Shown here one piece after another: positions 35,678 through 42,325 of a stretch of 42,325 nucleotides of DNA (its first letter is position 1; the number at the start of each line of letters is the position of its first letter). The stretch is from Nemertoderma westbladi (Eukaryota; Animalia; Xenacoelomorpha). The notes under the pieces were generated by a model. That model had not been told where the DNA came from. It did not search any database and was given only the letters and a program-made list of their open reading frames with translations. The translations under genes and the position numbers were made by a program. The DNA lies in assembly GCA_032718475.1 (NCBI GenBank), contig JAUCBJ010007529.1, forward strand, positions 1 to 42,325. Reading direction: 5' to 3'.

Positions 35678-37285
35678 GTAAGTATGTTAGATTGTTAGTT
35701 AGTCTGTAAAATATATTGTGGCATTTCTGTTAAACAGCAATGCATTGAGGATTAGTAGCTTAGAGTAAGTCACAGAATCAGTACTGATATAGTTATATAC
35801 TATATAGTTATATTATGATGCTGAAATAGTATATTAACTTATTTAAATCTTGGAAATTATTAAAAAATAAAGGAAAAACTACAGTTAGAAGTATTGTGGT
35901 ATGATACGTGAAAATTTATGGAGTTTAGAGTATGTTTTGTTCGTAAAAAGGCATGAAGTATAGTTCATCTAGTACAAGCTAATTAAATAAAGTTACCGGT
36001 GGAAGTATGAAACACAAAACACCGGAGGAGGAAACCCGAAGATACTTTCCCTCGACTGTTACCTATATAGCAGGGAGGGCGCCACTCTAACTCCCAGGGG
36101 TGAGCACTCAATAACTCACAAATTATAACAAAATTAGGATAAATAAATCCGGCCCTGCAAATATACAAAACACAATAAATTCATTTGTGATGGCTGGGTT
36201 TATTTATAAGTAACAATAATCTAAATAATACAATTAATTAGTTTGCATCAAAACAAGTATTTCGTAAACAACCATACCGGTAATATTATATTTCAACGAT
36301 AAAATGTCCTAACTAATAGAATACATATCGAATAATACAATATACTAAGTAGCAATAGGGCCTACAATGTTGATACGGTCGACGGTATATGTAGTGAAAA
36401 TATTTGCAACAATACCAAATAGTTAGAGGCAGGTAGAGTCTCGGGAGCTTCGAGACCCTGACAAAACGAGCACCCCAGCGTTCGGGCGCCCGAGCCCCAG
36501 CTCCCGAGAAACCAAGACTCTTCGTATGCTCGAGAGCTCGGGAGCTGCGAGACACCGGCTCCAGTAAGGTTTTTTGCTGGATTTCCACTACTTATTGTGC
36601 TAGTACGGAGTGTTACCATCACCCCTTCTTTATTAAGATGTTATAAGGACATGCATAGAACATCAACCACAAGTTGATATAATAAACTGAATGATGAAGT
36701 TACTGTAAATGATATCAATCCCATTCTTATCTGTGTTGCATATTTAAAATATTGTGAGTCTTTTGTAATTGTGGTATTTGTACCTGGTGTCCTCAGCAAT
36801 AAAAAAGCACAGCAAATACTGAAATAGAGCAACACCACTGCTGCAAGAAAAGTCACACCTTTAATAATCTACTCAACTTGTTTGATTTTCAGATCCCGGA
36901 TAACTAGTTCATCTAGTTCATGGCAGATTATGCACATTTTGAACTCTCCCTTTTATACTTGACAACGCGTCCACCTGTCCACAACACCTTTCTTAAATAT
37001 ATGTTCATGGAGTTGGCAAATATCATTGTTACCATGGATTATTTTGATCAAATCCTTTTTCTCATTGAATATTAATGATTTCTAGTCTATATGTAAACTA
37101 TGTCTACTTTTAGTCTTATCTGATCTCTCTATTAGATCACATATCCCTCCTGCATTTCTTAAATTTGTTTTAGTTTCTAAATGACCCCAATGAATCTGAA
37201 CAAAATAAGAATAAACGTTTACCAAATCTAACAGGTTACAATTTTCTGTATAGGCTAAGTTAAATAATTAAATATTACAATATAG

Positions 37286-37542
37286 GTGAGTTGGAAGATG
37301 GATAACATGCTGTATATGATTGACTACGAGACATTCCACAGACCTGCGGATCGAGGGGAGGGAGAAGAGGAAGGGGAGGACACTGGAGAAACTGAAACAA
37401 AGGAAGAAGTAAAAGAGAAGAAAGAAGAAAAGCCAAAAGATGATGATAAAGATAAAGATAAGGAGAAGGGTGAGGGTGATGATGAGGATGAGGGTGAGGG
37501 CGATGGTGACGATAAAGAATACACAGATTATCGGTTGCCAAG
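37286..37542 (+). CDS. Internal exon containing an acidic/lysine-rich low-complexity tract
   Basis: atatag| acceptor, AG|GTTAGT donor, phase 0 to 2; VSWKMDNMLYMIDYETFHRPADRGEGEEE...DYRLP. Confidence 0.85.
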
Positions 37543-37867
37543 GTTAGTGAATGGCTCAGTACAGAATACTGATTGCCAAAATAGGCAGAATTTCTGGAAA
37601 TATTGGCATAGCCTCTGACTTACACAAATAAAACACTGTCAGTAAACTCTTTCATACTCTAGAATAGAGTTGTGGATATTATCAGTATTAAGTGGGATAG
37701 AGCCGCCACAAATAAATAAAAATTTTAATATTTTCAATTACCGACTTTTATATTATTATTTATTGCAGAATTAGAAACCACATAATTATTATAGATAAGT
37801 ATTATAGGACCGTACTATATATCATCAAAGGACTAAAGCTACACAATTTATTCATTAAATTTTTTAG

Positions 37868-38165
37868 GTTTCCGAAATTAGCAGTTACTAAACCAAAAGT
37901 GGGGAAGAACAAGCGAGAACTGGATTGGACCGATGTGGCTCAACTGAGACAAGAAATCGCAGAGAATTACGGAGAAGGGAGTAAAGCTAAACAGAGTAAA
38001 GACTATTCCTTTGCAAAAAAAGATTGGCAAGAGATGGAATTCGACGAACTGAAACGTTGTGGTGCTCCATCTAGGAGTCAGTTTAAACAGAGCTGCTTGG
38101 TATACTTAGGGAACACCAAAGGTGGCAAGAAAGCGGTCAATGAACTGGTTGAGACTTTGGACTAA
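37868..38165 (+). CDS. Terminal coding exon of the uncharacterised gene
   Basis: ttttttag| acceptor, phase 2; FPKLAVTKPKVGKNKRELDWTDVAQLRQEI...AVNELVETLD* (TAA ends at 38165). Phases are consistent with the upstream exons. Confidence 0.85.
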
Positions 38166-39179
38166 CTATGAAGTGACAGACAAAACAATTTATGTATGAA
38201 AGTAGTTTCGAGCCTCAAATCTTTTCACACTTAAAATAATGATTGGCTTTGTTGAATATTATATTGTTATTGTTTATTGCTATAATTATATTATAATTTA
38301 ATTATCATGAATGAATACTTTCTAACTGTAATGAAATACTAAAAGATCCTACTACGATATTAGGAAAGATACATAGAGTAGCAACATTGTTTATATAATA
38401 CACATTTGGCACGAAAGTACATAATCGGCTAATAACTCCTAACCAAGGATGTTTAATTTATCTGGAAACTGGAAGTTTCTTCCAGAAAAAGGATCGACTG
38501 CTCAAATTTATCGTCCCTGATGTGTATCCGCGGGTCCCGGTCAGCTGCCAGAGGACCAGTGCAGTGAGTGTCGCTGTCGACAGATCGAATGCGGACATGG
38601 ATCCATGGCTGTTTGCGCGAGGAACCATTATAGATGAGCTACTGGTACTGGTACTGCAGTAACTAGCAGTAAATATTCATGTTTTTATCATTGCTAGGAG
38701 GTAGGGGATAAGGAATGTAATATGTCAGATGGTGTTACGTTTTACTGTAAACTTATGAAGAATACTTGATAATAAATTGCTTGCAATTAAAGTAAAACCT
38801 CTTGCTCAGTTTCAATTTCCTGCCGCAGGCAGCCCTTTTCTATTCATCTTATATTTAGCCGAGAATAAATGGCGGCACAATGAATATACTGCCATTATTG
38901 TGGACGATTCATAATTTGGGATTCCTAACCACGCACCAGGCAGCCGGTTCTCAATGCCCACTCTCATTGGGGGGAGGAAACATGCTCGAAGTGAACATAA
39001 ATAGAGAGCAATCATGAAATTTCGCCGAGGTGGTAAATTTGCAAATGCAGACAAATTCTAACATAATAGGCAACGGGATTAATTACCAACTCATGATACA
39101 CCCATAATATTTGAAATTATGCTTAAACAACTTCATATTTTACTAAACACACAACGCATTCACCAATCATAGTTTAAAT

Positions 39180-39990
39180 GATTCATTCTCAACAGAAAAT
39201 TGTGAGGCAGTCGTATAAATTGATGCGACAAACCCTTTCAATGTCCTCAATCGTGAAGCCGCAATTCACAACATTAAAATGACTTGTCCATCACCACATT
39301 CCACTGTAGTGAACTGCGCTGCCATCGCGTCTGGTTTGTGGCTGGATACAGAGAGGACTCCACAGAGGGTTCAAGTCAAGGTGATCCTGTAGCGATGCAA
39401 ATGTTTGCTGTGGGACTAACACAGCTGGTTGACAAACATGAGGTTGAGAGAATTGTTTACCAGAAGCGGTTTGCAGATGATGGCAATGCTGCGGGTTCAC
39501 TTGTTGAGCTGTACAGGTTTTGGGATGTGGCAGTGATGAAGGGACCACTGTATGGGTATTGCCCATCAAAATGCCCTTTAACAGGGAAACCGAATAAACT
39601 CAAAGAGGTAATTTCGGCAGGCACCAACATTGTCATAGACGCAGTAAACTTCTTTGGTGAGGTGATTGGATCGGATGAGTACTGGGAGGAACATGTCAGA
39701 GTTAATGTAGATGAGTTGGCATCGGAGGTTGACAGACTGACTGGTATTGTGCATATGCTGGTTTGGCGTTAAGTCTGTCCTGTCTGTATATGGCAATTTT
39801 TAGCACATGTTATTCCGGATACAAATGAACAGTTCAGCATACTAGAGAAACCAGTCTCTGTCACTCTCGATCGTTTAACTGGCAGACTGTCAATTACCCC
39901 AGAGGAACGTCTGTTGTTGTCATTGCCAGTACGAGCAGGTGGGTTGCGAATACCGCTTCCTTGTCGCACAGTTCGATAAGATATGGCCGC
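39180..39990 (+). mobile_element. Old degenerate CRE-like RT relic (different subfamily, opposite orientation)
   Basis: IDATNPFNVLNR (~39220), STEGSSQGDPVAM, RFADDGNAAG, FWD...GPLYGY, VIGS and LLSLPVRAGGL (~39911) are colinear with the 22112-25711 protein. Frameshifts and stops are present. Confidence 0.85.
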
Positions 39991-41049
39991 CACAAGGCAG
40001 ATGCGGATACAGGTCTCTTTGATTTTGTACGTAATTGATTAATGTTTGAAATCCTCGAATTTAGCAGCCGGGATATGCCATCGTCTTACATGTGAATTCA
40101 GTTTATAACTGCAGATTTGTGTACTGATTTATGCTTCTTGGTTGGTCTAATCTGCCGTAGCAGTGACATAAGTGTGTGAGGAAGAATGAATGGATAAAAC
40201 CTTGAACCTCTCCTAACAGAACCATGTAATGTACTATTCCATTTGTAATATTGTTTACAAAAATGGGCGTCACTGGAATCTGTGTCTTTGTTCCTCAATA
40301 AACCAGCAAATGGCGAATGTGTGCTACAATGAGCTCCAAGTAGCTTTTATGCTATGCATTATAACTTTGAATGTCAATTATATCAGAGCTATAAAATGAT
40401 AATATCGTTGATAAATCATTGGGATGGGACAATTATTGCCGTTTGATCCGTCACAGAGATTAAGGAGGCTTTATACTAGCAGGCCAGTGGAAATCGATCA
40501 ACTTTGCTTGATTTACCCGGCCTAGTTGCCGAAACAACACGATACCATAAATTAATTTAGTATGCGTTCCATCCACTCTCGAAAACATTTATAATCGATC
40601 TTGTCTTGTTGTGATCTCATTATATTTTCATCATTGGTTAAAATACTATTGATTAAAACAATGTTTTCAATTTCAAGGCAATTCAATTTATCGAATTCGC
40701 AGAAATTGCACAGTAATTAAATGTACATACTTTAAATCAAGCGCGAATGAGCATCTCTGAAAGTGTGGGATACACTCATTATTTATTCAGAGATCTGCTA
40801 ATGACTTCCGAATACGAAAGGAAATTGTATTAAATATAATGTATTAAATAAAATATCAAAGGACATGTAACGGTATTATAACCATAACTGAAAGTAAATT
40901 TATGCCGGGTAGCAGTAGATACTGTGCAGTCCCTAACATGCTTTTACTGCAAAAGTCACAAGATTACTTGATTGTATATAGATCAGAACGCAGCGCATGG
41001 ATCATGGTATAGGATACAATGTTCACTTAATAAACGAGGCTTCCTACAA

Positions 41050-41770
41050 TTTCTACTGTAAGAAACATATTGCAGCGAAAAGGCTGCACCAACCTGCACC
41101 GCGGATGAGACTTGACGGCACTATGACAATCAGGATCTGTAAAGATCGTAGGTGCAAGGGGCCCATTCTCGGATCTTAGTATGATATTTGAGGAATTATA
41201 AAAAAAAAGTAAAGACAGGCATCTCTGGGCGTTATATTTGTAGACTTCTTTAAAGCCTTCAATCAGTCTCTGATGACGTATATGCGGAATTCTTGCATTA
41301 TAGGGGATTCATGATGAAATAATTATATCACTCACAATGCGATGGTTCTACGACATCTGGGTCTACTCTTCTTATGTTCTCTATGGTGAAATACCATTAT
41401 CATTCATAATTTTGATTGATTATGTTCTACGCATGTCCTGAGTCAATCACAATGAAGATGAGGTGAATTTAACACCCCTTCTCCAACTCTCTGGATGGCA
41501 TATACACTACAATGCTACATCGGGTTCATTGTGTCAAGTACAATGAACACAACTCCAATCAGACCTATACAACCTTGGAAGTGTCTCATTAGTCCCCCCA
41601 AGCTTGGCAATTGAACGGAGCCTCCTCCCCTTAGCAGGACTTTCTCTTTTACCGTGAGTACCAGTCTATACACGATCCTGTGCTGGGGCGGCCCATCATG
41701 GCAAGAATAAGCTTTGTGGGAAGCCAGAGGCCCATTAATTTTTTTGAGACGCCTCTAAAAGGAAACTGAG
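41050..41770 (+). mobile_element. Degenerate, internally deleted RTE-clade LINE relic
   Basis: 'aaagacaggcatct...atttgtagacttctttaaagcctt' (~41211-41259), 'tgattatgttctacgcatgtcc' and 'cgggttcattgtgtcaagtacaatg...gtgtctcatt..ccccaagcttg' (~41521-41606) match reverse-complement segments of 30240-31140. Confidence 0.85.
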
Positions 41771-42325
41771 AGGAGGATGAAAAACGTGATAATAGTGACT
41801 TGAGTAAGTTAATTACTGACGATATGGATAGTATGCACATAGGCAGTACCACACAGTACAGGGACTTACATCAATACAATGTCTTTGAAGTTAAAACTCC
41901 GGCAACTTTAGGAAAATAATTATAATTTCCATTGTCTTCTTATTTGTAGAAAAAAGTTCAATATTTTCGCCCATGTGAAGAATACTGGGTTTTCACTTTA
42001 CGGTCGAAATTTCATTGAAATTATATCAAGAATTTGTATTATTTTTTATTTCTCCTTTAAGGTTTTTATAGCACTCATTTCTTTCAACTTATCATCTGTA
42101 CAGATATTATTTTAATTCGTTTATTGTTTTGGTTAGACACAGTACAGCACTTCGGTAACCTGGGCTTTTAGTGAAAACCTGGCATTCTTCACATGGGGGT
42201 AAACTGCAAAGTGAATTATAACAGCAGTAATCTGGTATACTTCACATGTGCCAATATTTTTCCGGTTATAAATTGTTTAATAAGGCTATTTATGGAATAA
42301 ATAAATATTATTACGATAACTTATA

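Noticed and set aside
37275-37541. His/Pro-rich and Ser-rich minus-strand ORFs
   Set aside because: They are antisense of the acidic + strand exon, which has proper splice sites.

Overview
AT-rich, repeat-dense eukaryotic DNA, probably from an invertebrate animal (spliceosomal introns, LINEs, MITEs); it is not prokaryotic. (1) 1-~14500: about 4.9 head-to-tail copies of a ~2.97-kb non-coding unit. The array is a mosaic of two subtypes and carries conserved palindromes. (2) ~16200-17861: a 1.6-kb compound (GACA)/(GGCA)/(GGCT) microsatellite, apparently in intron 1 of a minus-strand gene that starts with a signal-peptide exon. (3) 21941-26467 (-): a near-intact, apparently full-length CRE-like non-LTR retrotransposon with a 14-bp TSD and a poly(A) tail, inserted in a ~163-bp minisatellite. 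It encodes Ulp1/C48 cysteine protease + Zn finger + RT + CCHC + restriction-like endonuclease, broken only by a 1-nt frameshift. This is the most interesting item. (4) A 5'-truncated RTE-clade LINE with a 15-bp TSD (29956-32412), three RTE relics and one older CRE relic. (5) A 5-exon + strand gene of unknown function (33157-38165) with a candidate GC-AG intron and a TTAA-flanked piggyBac-like element in an intron. (6) Several MITEs and a tRNA-derived fragment. Family assignments come from motifs recognised by eye, not from database searches.
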